Virus record (IMG/VR): IMGVR_UViG_3300042539_001687 | Span: 1-61,602 of that record | Reading direction: 5' to 3' (one strand) | Length of the DNA: 61,602 nucleotides | DNA from: a virus | Lineage: Duplodnaviria; Caudoviricetes | Part shown: one piece after another, positions 53,248 through 61,602 of the stretch | Layout: every line of letters starts with the position of its first letter | Position numbering within the stretch: position 1 is the stretch's first letter | The notes under the pieces: generated by a model | Seen by the model: only the letters and a program-made list of their open reading frames with translations | What the model was told of the DNA's origin: nothing | Database searches by the model: none | Position numbers and translations under genes: made by a program

Positions 53248-56244
53248 ATGCCGATGAATCCGAGACTCCTGCGTCCGACCGCCAGCGGATTCAATCCCCG
53301 CCAGATCAGCGGTCTAGCCCTCTGGCTGGACGGTGCGGACGCCTCGTCGCTGTACACCACCGACGCGGGGCCGGTGACGGCAGTGGCGAGCCCGCTGGAG
53401 ATCAGCGGGTGTGCGTTGTGGCTGGATGCAAGTGATGCGGGGAGCATCACAGAGTCTGGCGGGCTGGTGAGCCAGTGGGCCGACAAGAGCGGCAATAGCC
53501 GCCACGCAACGGCCAGCACTACCGCACGGCCAACGACAGGGACGAGGACTGTTGGCGGCAGGAACGCTCTTGATTTTGACGGGGCTGCCAACTCAATGGC
53601 GACCGGCGGGTCGGCGTTCCCCACCGCTGCAACGCACACGGTGTTCCTTGTCTACCAACTGGACACCGCATCGCAATCGCGGACGAGTGTTCTCTTGACG
53701 GCGGCAACGATTGCTCACCAAGAAATCCGCGTGGCGGGATTCGGGTCAACCGCGATCAACTATATGTTCAACAACAATCTTGGGACTTCGATGACTTCAT
53801 CCGTCATCGGGCTTGGTCCCGTTGTTTTTTCGGCTCGGGAAGCATCAGCGTCGATGCGATCTGCTGGGGCGGGCGTGGTGTCTGCCACCAGCGGGAGCGC
53901 GGCTGCGTGGAGTTCCGGCTCAATGCTCATCGGCAGCCGCACGGCTGGCAACTTTGTCGATGGCCTGCTCTGCGAAATCATCATCTATCCGACAACGCTC
54001 ACTGATTCGCAGACCGCATCCGTCGAAGCCTACCTCGCCGCCAAGTGGGGCATCTCTGGCGTCCACGCCCCCGCCACCGCGACCAGCGATCCGGTGGGGT
54101 ACTGGGGCGACAAGTCAGGAACCGGGCATTTCTCTCAGGCTGTCGCGACGGCGAGGCCGGTTGTTGGAAGCCAGAATGGCCGGAAAACAGTTGCGCTTGA
54201 TGGCGTGAATGATTTCATGACCGCCGTCAATCCGTTGCCTACATCGATGCCGCTGACGTTTTTTGTTGCCCAGAGGATCGTCGCTGGCACATCGTTTGGG
54301 ATGACGTACACAATGGCGACAGAGTTCAACGTTCGGCAAGCCGGTGGGGGTGGCGTTCTTTCGATCATTCCCGGCACTGCCATCACAGGAACGTCCCGCA
54401 CTGGTTCAAGCGACATTCTGTCGATTACCTATCCATCCAGTGGCAGCAATACATTTTTTGTTAACGGCGCCCGTTTTCCTCTGGAGGATACAGGCACGCG
54501 GCCAGGGCTGACGGGCACACACGCGATTGGTGTCCGGCGGGCTACGGACGGGACGCTTACGTTTTACGCCAACGTGCAAGTGGCAGAGATACTTGCCTAC
54601 AACGCCGCCTTGACAGCCTCGCAGCGGCAGCAAGTGGAACGCTACCTCGCCGCCAAGTGGGGCATCACCCTCGCCCCGCAGGTCGCTGACGCCGATGCGC
54701 AGGCGTGGGTGAGCCGCGTCTACGCCGCTGGCTCTACGGTGTCGCAGCCGGTCGCTGACGCCGTCAATGACTTCGTTGTGGGCTGCAAGGCAGACGGCAT
54801 CTGGGATGCGATCAAGGCGTCCTGCATCCTGGCGGGTGCGGACACGCTGGCTGGGGCGTTGGTGCCTCTGAAGGGTGCCGCGCCGACGAATAACGGGCCA
54901 TTCGTCAGCGGCGACTACAACCGCAAGACGGGGCTGGTGGGCAATGCCTCCAGCAAGCACCTTGCGTCAGGATTCTTTACGGACTCGCTGACGGTAGGAA
55001 ATGGTCATCTGGCGGTTTACGCATCCACCGGCATGGGGGCCAGCGAAACAGCCATCGGCGCGAACGCAGGGGGCGGCGGGCTTATTATTCGCAACCTGTC
55101 TGGCAACATTGGCGTCCGGCTTTTTACCGGCGCGGACGGCGGGCCGTCGTCCGTTGGTGGGGCTACTGGATTTATCGGCGCGGCGAGGCCAGGAAGTCCT
55201 GAGTATTCCGTGCGGGCGAACGGCACCACTACGACGCACGGCGGGCTGATTAGCGGACTCAGTTCCAATCAAAACATCTCAGTTTTTGCGCTGAACAATG
55301 CTGGCGCAATCGCGGCGCGAACCGCTGCCCGGCTGGCGTTCTACTCCATTGGGGACAGCCTGAATCTTACGCAGTTGGACTCGCGTGTCTCGGCCCTCAT
55401 CACCGCCATTGGAGCGGCCCTTGTCCCGCAAGTCTCCAACGCCGATGCCCAGGATTGGCTGAACCGCGTGTATGACAACGGCGGCACCGTCAGCACCGGC
55501 ACGGCGAGCGCGGTCAATGAGTTCTGCAATGCCATCGACGCGGCTGGCATCCGCGACCGTTTCTACAGGCTCAACCTGTTCGCTGGGACGGGGCTGAACG
55601 CCGCACTGGTGCCGGTGTATCGGGGGCCGTCACGGACGGGGACGCAGTACGGCAACACCACCGACACCAATAACGGCCCGTTCGTCAGCGGCGACTACAC
55701 GCTGACCGGCGGGCTCAACGCGAACGGCTCTGCGGGCAGTAGTTCTAAGTACCTTGACACTGGGCTCGCGCCTGACGATTTGCCTGCACTGAGTTCAGTG
55801 CATCTGGCAGCATGGAAGGGCGCGGGCAGCATCGGCGGCAGCACTATAGCCCTCATTGGCAGTCGCACGTCTACGCAGTTCTGGTATGTCCGGCAAACCG
55901 CCCCCACCGATACCCTGGCTGGCAACATTGGGCATGGCGCGTTCGTTACTGGAGCCAGCGCAGATACCGCCGCCGGGCTAGTGACGATCACCCGCAACAC
56001 CAGCGGGCTTGTCATTTACAAAGATACCACCAGCGTTGCCACAGACGGTGCCCGCACGCCAACGGCGAACGCCAACGATTTCACAGTGTTTACGTTCCGC
56101 AACACTGACGGCACCGTCAGTTCAAACGTCGCCTGGCCCTATGCCATGTATGGCTATTCAGCGGGCGTGCATCTGTCATCCGCCGATGTGACCGCGTACC
56201 ACGCCGCGTTCGCCGCCTTCAACACCGCGATGGGTAGAGCATGA
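53248..56244 (+). CDS. Multi-domain tail fibre/adhesin with LamG/ConA-like repeats
   Basis: Repeated LWLD.DA.S, WADKSG, EIIIY/EILAY..VEAYLAAKWGI, and two ADAQ.W..RV..NNGPFVSGDY modules. Confidence 0.75.
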   Translation: MPMNPRLLRPTASGFNPRQISGLALWLDGADASSLYTTDAGPVTAVASPLEISGCALWLDASDAGSITESGGLVSQWADKSGNSRHATASTTARPTTGTRTVGGRNALDFDGAANSMATGGSAFPTAATHTVFLVYQLDTASQSRTSVLLTAATIAHQEIRVAGFGSTAINYMFNNNLGTSMTSSVIGLGPVVFSAREASASMRSAGAGVVSATSGSAAAWSSGSMLIGSRTAGNFVDGLLCEIIIYPTTLTDSQTASVEAYLAAKWGISGVHAPATATSDPVGYWGDKSGTGHFSQAVATARPVVGSQNGRKTVALDGVNDFMTAVNPLPTSMPLTFFVAQRIVAGTSFGMTYTMATEFNVRQAGGGGVLSIIPGTAITGTSRTGSSDILSITYPSSGSNTFFVNGARFPLEDTGTRPGLTGTHAIGVRRATDGTLTFYANVQVAEILAYNAALTASQRQQVERYLAAKWGITLAPQVADADAQAWVSRVYAAGSTVSQPVADAVNDFVVGCKADGIWDAIKASCILAGADTLAGALVPLKGAAPTNNGPFVSGDYNRKTGLVGNASSKHLASGFFTDSLTVGNGHLAVYASTGMGASETAIGANAGGGGLIIRNLSGNIGVRLFTGADGGPSSVGGATGFIGAARPGSPEYSVRANGTTTTHGGLISGLSSNQNISVFALNNAGAIAARTAARLAFYSIGDSLNLTQLDSRVSALITAIGAALVPQVSNADAQDWLNRVYDNGGTVSTGTASAVNEFCNAIDAAGIRDRFYRLNLFAGTGLNAALVPVYRGPSRTGTQYGNTTDTNNGPFVSGDYTLTGGLNANGSAGSSSKYLDTGLAPDDLPALSSVHLAAWKGAGSIGGSTIALIGSRTSTQFWYVRQTAPTDTLAGNIGHGAFVTGASADTAAGLVTITRNTSGLVIYKDTTSVATDGARTPTANANDFTVFTFRNTDGTVSSNVAWPYAMYGYSAGVHLSSADVTAYHAAFAAFNTAMGRA

Positions 56245-56543
56245 CTCTGGAGGAACTGGCACTGCCGGTGACTGTCGAATGGGGGCGTCAGAACGCCCTC
56301 GTCTTCGACGCCGCCCTGGCCCAGCGGCTCGCGGAGGTGCAGGCAGAGCATGGCGATCCCCGCCATGTGCCGGTCGCCGTCCCGCTATCCGGCGGGCGGT
56401 TCATGCTACTGGCCGACATCCTGACCGAGTGCCTGCCCGGCGGGCTGGTGTACGGGGGATTCTCGCAGTTGGACGCGGGTCGGTTCTCCGAGATCGCAGT
56501 GGTGCCGCTCGCGGATGCCCTGGCCCTGCTGCCGGGCGGATGA
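56241..56543 (+). CDS. Hypothetical protein coupled to the fibre gene
   Basis: ATGA overlap; PVPLSGGRFMLLADILTE. Confidence 0.65.
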   Translation: MTLEELALPVTVEWGRQNALVFDAALAQRLAEVQAEHGDPRHVPVAVPLSGGRFMLLADILTECLPGGLVYGGFSQLDAGRFSEIAVVPLADALALLPGG

Positions 56544-56707
56544 CCTGCGCGGCGTTAGACGCACTAATCTGCGGCCGGAACTATCCGGCGATTCCGGTTG
56601 GTTGCCGACGAAAGAGCGCATGCGTTGGGCCGGGAAAACAAGGCAAATGCTGGGTGATCCCGAAGCAGATTTCGGGATCATTAATTGAGCCGGAAGGCCG
56701 GTGCGGC

Positions 56708-56716
56708 GGACATAAA
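56708..56716 (+). promoter_or_regulatory. GGACATAAA putative late-promoter motif
   Basis: Intergenic; GGCGGACATAAA is identical to 2281-2292. Confidence 0.5.
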
Positions 56717-56723
56717 TACCAGT

Positions 56724-56771
56724 GAGAAGGTCAAGGGCCGGATCGTCCCGCACTGGAAAAGGAAGAAGTAA
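56724..56771 (+). pseudogene. Remnant duplicate of the 3' end of gene 52000..52545
   Basis: Translates EKVKGRIVPHWKRKK* versus ERVKDRIVPHWKRKAR* at 52495-52545. Confidence 0.75.
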
Positions 56772-57100
56772 TGCCTCAGAAGCTCGAGCGGCTGAACTCC
56801 GTGACTGGTTCCGTCACGGCCACCAACAGTGCGGCCACAAGCCCCAAGATTCCGTTCGGAGCGGTGGCGGGGGGCATGATCCATGTCAGTGCGGTGTCGA
56901 GCGCCACGACGATCACGTGGCACGTGGCATTTGGCCAGGAGGAGACCCCAGTGCCGCTGAACGCCGACGGCGCTGCGGTGACCACCACGATTGCCGCCAG
57001 CAACGCCTACGCACTGCCCGACGCTCTGTTTGGTGCGCCGTACATCGTGGCGGTTGTCAACGCAGGCACGGCCACGTTCCGGGCCAGCGTCAAGGGCTGA
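56771..57100 (+). CDS. Small beta-rich virion protein (putative)
   Basis: AAGGAAG RBS; TAATG overlap with the remnant. Confidence 0.7.
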   Translation: MPQKLERLNSVTGSVTATNSAATSPKIPFGAVAGGMIHVSAVSSATTITWHVAFGQEETPVPLNADGAAVTTTIAASNAYALPDALFGAPYIVAVVNAGTATFRASVKG

Positions 57101-57125
57101 TCGTCCAGGATCGCAGGGAGCGTCA

Positions 57126-57986
57126 ATGTACTACGCCGCCCAAGACATCGCCGAGTATCTCATGTCCTCGTACGGTGGCGGCGCTCAGGACAGTGAGCAT
57201 CGCGCCCTGCGGGCGGCCGTGCATCACGCCTACCGAGACCTGTGCACCTGCCGGGACTGGCTCTGGCACGTCACAGAGGGGTCAGTCACCGGCAGCGGGG
57301 ACTTCGTGCTGCCGGAGGGCGTTCGGAACCTCGATGCCCTGATTCCCCCAGACACGGTCTCGACGCCCACGATTCACGTGAGCCCGGCCGACTGGAACCG
57401 CATCGACACGAAGCTGCCCCAGCTTGACTCGCCCGTGTACTGGACGGTCCTGAAGTCGCCTCAGCACGCAGACCGCTGGCTGCTGAAGCTGGCCGGTGCC
57501 CCCGCCTCAGCGACCTACCGCTACACCTACCGCCGGCTGCCGACACCGCTGCGGTACATGGGGTACGAAGCCGCCAGCCGCGACGGCTCGCTCACCGCCA
57601 ATGGCCTGGTGCGGCGGTACGGCACGGCCACGACGTACCCCGAGTCCCACTACGGCATCCACCCCTACACGGCCCAAGAGGTCATCGGCCTTTCGGGCAG
57701 CCTGCAGGGCACTGCGCCAGCCAATGCCAAGACTGTCGTGTCCGACTACCTGGACATTTCGAGCACCATGTACACCCCGCTGCTGTCGGGCGCCGAGACG
57801 TGGATGGCTCGCCTGCTGGGCAAGAACGTCGAAGGCTCGATGACCGTCTACGCAAAAGACCTGCGCATGGCATTTGAGGCGGACGTTGTGGTGCCGCTGT
57901 CCGGCCTGCGCTCCGGAGCCTACGAGGTCAGTGTCGCCCGCGCACTGGGCTACTACTCGCCATCCGGCCCGGATACGGGGGTGTAG
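57126..57986 (+). CDS. Head-tail adaptor / tail tubular protein A-like
   Basis: GGGAG RBS, ATG 57126; AVHHAYRDL..DWLW..LP, PVYW, YTYRRLP pattern; precedes nozzle-like genes. Confidence 0.6.
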   Translation: MYYAAQDIAEYLMSSYGGGAQDSEHRALRAAVHHAYRDLCTCRDWLWHVTEGSVTGSGDFVLPEGVRNLDALIPPDTVSTPTIHVSPADWNRIDTKLPQLDSPVYWTVLKSPQHADRWLLKLAGAPASATYRYTYRRLPTPLRYMGYEAASRDGSLTANGLVRRYGTATTYPESHYGIHPYTAQEVIGLSGSLQGTAPANAKTVVSDYLDISSTMYTPLLSGAETWMARLLGKNVEGSMTVYAKDLRMAFEADVVVPLSGLRSGAYEVSVARALGYYSPSGPDTGV

Positions 57987-57988
57987 CT

Positions 57989-58354
57989 ATGGCAGAGCCC
58001 ATGTGGGCCGGGCTGGCCACAAACGCCAGCCCTTATGTCCTACCTCCCGGCGGAGCCGTCGAGCAGACGAATCTCGTCACCTCGACGCCCGGGCAGTTGA
58101 CGAGTCGCGATGGCATGCGGCCTGTCTCCTTCACGGCGGCGGCGCCAGAGATTCGGGACTGCTACCCCTACGTGTTCAGTAACTCCGTACGGCTGCTTGC
58201 GCTGAACGCCAGCGGGCAGATCGTGGTGCTGACCACGCCAGCGTACGGCACGGAGCTGTCCAGCCCCCTCGATCCATCCCTTAGCCCGACTGCCAACCAA
58301 GTGCAGAGCAGCTACACCGGCGACTTCTACGATCACGCAGGAGAGCCGCCGTGA
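57989..58354 (+). CDS. Tail protein resembling the N-terminal part of a nozzle/stabilisation protein
   Basis: WAGL.TNASPY.LPPG..N..GQLTSR.G. Confidence 0.55.
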   Translation: MAEPMWAGLATNASPYVLPPGGAVEQTNLVTSTPGQLTSRDGMRPVSFTAAAPEIRDCYPYVFSNSVRLLALNASGQIVVLTTPAYGTELSSPLDPSLSPTANQVQSSYTGDFYDHAGEPP

Positions 58355-61320
58355 CTGTGATTGCCTCTGGGTTCGCTGCCACCAAGCCAGTCTCCTGCGC
58401 ACAGGGAAGGTACGGAGAGCTCATCATTGCGCAGGGCGGTGGCGTGCAGCCCAAACGCTGGACGGGCTCTGGCACGGCCACGAATGCTGGCATTGAGAAG
58501 CCAGCGGCCGCTCCTGCCATCTCGCTCAACACCACCAAGCGGTACTACGTCGCCCGCACGGACGTCCACAAGCCAGGGGCCGTGTACAACGCGCCGCCGG
58601 AAGTCACGTTCACGACGCCCAGTTCGCCCCCCACTGGCTTCCGGGCCGCGAAGGCTCAGTCATATCTCAATCAGTCAGTGGTCGGGGAGATCTTGGTTAC
58701 GGACGGCGGCAAGCACTACCCAGCCTGTCCGTCCGTTGGCCTGAGCGCGACGCACGGTATTAACGCGGGCCTGACGGCGGTGCTGGATGGCACGCCCCCG
58801 CCAGCCGACGCCATCACGCACTACGAGATTATCCAGGGGCCGCCGTACGACGATGAGACGGACTACCCGACAAATCGGAAGACGCTGTGGTCGGCATGGG
58901 GCTCAATCGAGATCCCTATCGCGAACGTCTCGGGCACAATTGCCCGCACCATCTGGGTGTACCACAACGCATGCGGACTGGGCCCTGGCAACATCGCCAG
59001 CTACGTTTCGGTTTCGCTTTCCCAGTCGTACACCATCACTGGCGCCACCGGCTCCGGCGCCATTGCGCGGGTGAACTTTTACGGGCAGCGAGTTTTTGAG
59101 ACCAAGTGCGTCAACGGCACCGCTTTCTCTTGGTCGCACACTGCGTACATGGTGCGGTCAGTGACGGTCAAGGAGCGCGGATCTGGCTACAGCACGACCG
59201 ATCCCGTCGTGATCACGCTCCCTCCAGTCACGACGCTGGACACGGGCACTGGCCAGATGACGGGGACCGTGCCGTCATCAAAGAATCTCATCATCGAGGG
59301 CTATCCGCCCGGGCACGCCAATAACTCCTCGACGCCTCGCTTCGCCGTCAAGCAAATCAACATCACCAGCGGCGGCAGCGGCTACGTCGTGGCCCCCGAG
59401 ATCAAGATCAACTCCTCGTCGGGGTTTGGGGCGTACGCCACCAGCCGTGTCACCAACGGCGCCGTAACGCAAGTCACGCTTGAGTCGGGTGGCGGCGGAT
59501 ACAAACTGGTCCCTTCCGTGCAAGTTGTGGCGGGCGGGGCGGAGGCGTTTGCCGTCGCCCGGCCGCACTTGCGGGGCAAGTACCAGTGCTACTACCGGTA
59601 CGTTGACAACACCACTGCGGCCAACGGCGGGCCAATTCCCAGCAACCTGTCGCCCGTCCTGGAGGTAGACGCTGGAGATGGTGCGCAGTCCATGACCTGG
59701 ACGGCCACTGCACCATCAAACACTGACGGCCGCACCCTGACGGTGGAACTGTGGCGCACGACCGGCAACCAGGCGACGACCTTGTATCGCGTCGGCACGG
59801 GCGTGTCGCTGGTGGATGACCTGACCGACGAGGAGGTTCGCGATCCCAAGCGGGCTGGGTACGCCGCCATGCCGATCGTGCTGCCCAACGGCGAGCTGAA
59901 CGCCAATCGCTTCACCCCGCCGCCGAACAACAAGGCCGTTGTGGTTCGCTACCAGGACCGCTTCTGGTACGGCGTGGACACGGGGGGCTCGGAGCCCAAC
60001 TCGATCTACTTCTCGGAAGTGGACGAGCCGGAGAGCGTGCCTGACGTCAATGAGCTTGTCCTCCAACAGAACGCCCGAGACGGAGATGCTGTTACGGCGC
60101 TGGTGCCGTTTGGCGGCTCAATGCTCGTCATGCAGTCTCGGCACGCCTACTCGCTGTCGTTCAGCAAGCAGCCGCTCCGGGACGCAGACGTCTCGCCCAT
60201 CGCCAACAGGGGGTGCCTGGGGCAGCGGTGCTGGGACATCCACGAGGGCGTGTGCTACGTGCTGGACCAGTACGGCGTGTACTCCATCTCGCCGCAGGGG
60301 GAGATCCAGGACATCTCTTCCCCCATCAACGACATCGTCCGCACGCAACTGGACTGGGCCAACGCCGCCTGGAACTTCGTTCTGGTAGACGCCGTGCGCA
60401 AGGTGGTGCGGGTGTTCGTGGCCTTCAAGGCCGACGGCTCGACGGGCTATCCGACCCGTGCGTTGTGCTACTCCATCAGCACGGGCACGTGGTGGGTCGA
60501 ACGCTACCCGCATCGCATCTCGGCTGGCACCACGCTGCCGCTGTCGAACGGTGACTATCGCTGCGTGTATGGCGCTCAGGGCGGCGCCTTCCTGCTGGGC
60601 GAGGGCCACCTGGATGCGGCTCGCGGAGCGATCTCCACCGTCACCATCACCAACAAGGGGGCGGGATACCGCACGCCTCCGACCGTGACGGTCGCTGGCG
60701 GTGTGGGCGGCGAGCTCCAGGCGGCCATCAATGCCAGCGGGCAGGTCAGCGGCATCTGGATTATGCACTCGGGGCATGGGTACACCAGCGGCTCGCTGAC
60801 GATCTCGGCACCGGACGACCCCAACTGCGCTGCCCCAGTCCAGGCGACCGCTACGTTCACGGCCACGACCACCGCCAGCAACACGGCCATGTTTCCCGTG
60901 TACCGGTACAAGACAGGCAACCGTGCGTTCCCGACCGACGCCACCTCGAAGACCGGCGGTTCGGTGCAGCCTCGCGACATCAGCCTGACGTACCGGCCCC
61001 AGCCTGCCCGCTGCGACATCGCGGCCCGGCTGTACTACAACAACTCCCAGCACGCCCGGCCCAACGTGGCCCACCGCAATCGAGGCGTGGGCTTTGTGGC
61101 CAACACGGTGGACGGTGCGTCCCGGCTGGACATGGCCGCCCAGACCACCAAGACCGGCTACGACAGCGGGGTGGCGAAGGCTGTGTTTGCCAGCCGCAGC
61201 CTGGACGACATCCAGTCCTCAGACCGCCACGTAGCGGTGGAGCTGGTCGGTGCCCGCAAGAACGCCCAGCCGGTCGTGATCTACGCCCTCGACATCTACG
61301 GCACCGCCGAGAAGGGGTAG
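58351..61320 (+). CDS. Tail nozzle / tubular protein B-like with inserted (I/V)T.GGSGY..AP repeats
   Basis: YQDRFW..NSIYFSE.DEPES..DGDAVTAL..GC..DISSPI propeller-like pattern; repeated GxGY modules. Confidence 0.7.
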   Translation: MTVIASGFAATKPVSCAQGRYGELIIAQGGGVQPKRWTGSGTATNAGIEKPAAAPAISLNTTKRYYVARTDVHKPGAVYNAPPEVTFTTPSSPPTGFRAAKAQSYLNQSVVGEILVTDGGKHYPACPSVGLSATHGINAGLTAVLDGTPPPADAITHYEIIQGPPYDDETDYPTNRKTLWSAWGSIEIPIANVSGTIARTIWVYHNACGLGPGNIASYVSVSLSQSYTITGATGSGAIARVNFYGQRVFETKCVNGTAFSWSHTAYMVRSVTVKERGSGYSTTDPVVITLPPVTTLDTGTGQMTGTVPSSKNLIIEGYPPGHANNSSTPRFAVKQINITSGGSGYVVAPEIKINSSSGFGAYATSRVTNGAVTQVTLESGGGGYKLVPSVQVVAGGAEAFAVARPHLRGKYQCYYRYVDNTTAANGGPIPSNLSPVLEVDAGDGAQSMTWTATAPSNTDGRTLTVELWRTTGNQATTLYRVGTGVSLVDDLTDEEVRDPKRAGYAAMPIVLPNGELNANRFTPPPNNKAVVVRYQDRFWYGVDTGGSEPNSIYFSEVDEPESVPDVNELVLQQNARDGDAVTALVPFGGSMLVMQSRHAYSLSFSKQPLRDADVSPIANRGCLGQRCWDIHEGVCYVLDQYGVYSISPQGEIQDISSPINDIVRTQLDWANAAWNFVLVDAVRKVVRVFVAFKADGSTGYPTRALCYSISTGTWWVERYPHRISAGTTLPLSNGDYRCVYGAQGGAFLLGEGHLDAARGAISTVTITNKGAGYRTPPTVTVAGGVGGELQAAINASGQVSGIWIMHSGHGYTSGSLTISAPDDPNCAAPVQATATFTATTTASNTAMFPVYRYKTGNRAFPTDATSKTGGSVQPRDISLTYRPQPARCDIAARLYYNNSQHARPNVAHRNRGVGFVANTVDGASRLDMAAQTTKTGYDSGVAKAVFASRSLDDIQSSDRHVAVELVGARKNAQPVVIYALDIYGTAEKG

Positions 61321-61324
61321 TCGC

Positions 61325-61602
61325 ATGGCCGGATTCAGCAACCAGCGGCAGCAGTTGCGCAATGCTCTCCTCGCGGCGGGCCTGACGCCCGATGCTGCCA
61401 CGCAGATTGCCAGCATCTTGGGCAACAGTAGTCAGGGGATGTACCACGCCGGGCCAGTGGAGGTGGACAGCACCCCCGACGACCTGCGGTTCGTGGACCC
61501 GGACAAGCGGACGCAGCGATTCCCGCACCTGGACTTCCGCGAGGGCGACCCAGACCATCGTCCGCAGCGTACGGCCAACTCGGAGGAGCGGCAGGAAAAG
61601 CA
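61325..61602 (+). CDS. 5' part of the gene continuing at 1..1331
   Basis: AAGGGG RBS; ATG 61325 (MAGFSNQRQQLRNALL...) is open to the window end. Confidence 0.75.
   Translation, partial: MAGFSNQRQQLRNALLAAGLTPDAATQIASILGNSSQGMYHAGPVEVDSTPDDLRFVDPDKRTQRFPHLDFREGDPDHRPQRTANSEERQEK
61476..61602. repeat. Terminal direct repeat, copy 2
   Basis: Identical to 1-127. Confidence 0.95.

Noticed and set aside
53248-56244. Diversity-generating retroelement acting on the fibre
   Set aside because: No reverse transcriptase and no TR/VR pair differing at adenines; the repeats are short domain joints

Overview
The window is an apparently complete, circularly assembled temperate tailed dsDNA phage genome of about 61,475 bp. 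Positions 1-127 are repeated exactly at 61476-61602, and one gene runs across the join. It is high-GC with a podovirus-like layout: scaffold, major capsid, terminase, portal, fibre/adhesin, adaptor and nozzle-like genes, followed by three very large candidate ejection proteins, with no recognisable tape measure or sheath. It also carries a tyrosine integrase beside an attP-like 3' half of tRNA-Val(GAC), a RecE-like/ERF/helicase/nuclease/nucleotide-metabolism operon, a papain-like peptidase in a putative lysis cassette, a sigma70-like factor and a serine recombinase. A Planctomycetota host is a tentative inference. The most striking region is the 11.7 kb leftward operon of small genes (28.2-39.9 kb), where many spacers hold an RNA element. 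These include two covarying type II hammerhead ribozymes that exactly bracket a 59-aa ORF and predict a 258-nt excised, circularisable RNA. There are also two copies of an unrecognised covarying stem-loop with a Shine-Dalgarno-like loop, six copies of a ~27-bp palindrome + boxA-like motif, and several terminator-like hairpins. All protein calls are by-eye motif recognition; no searches were run.
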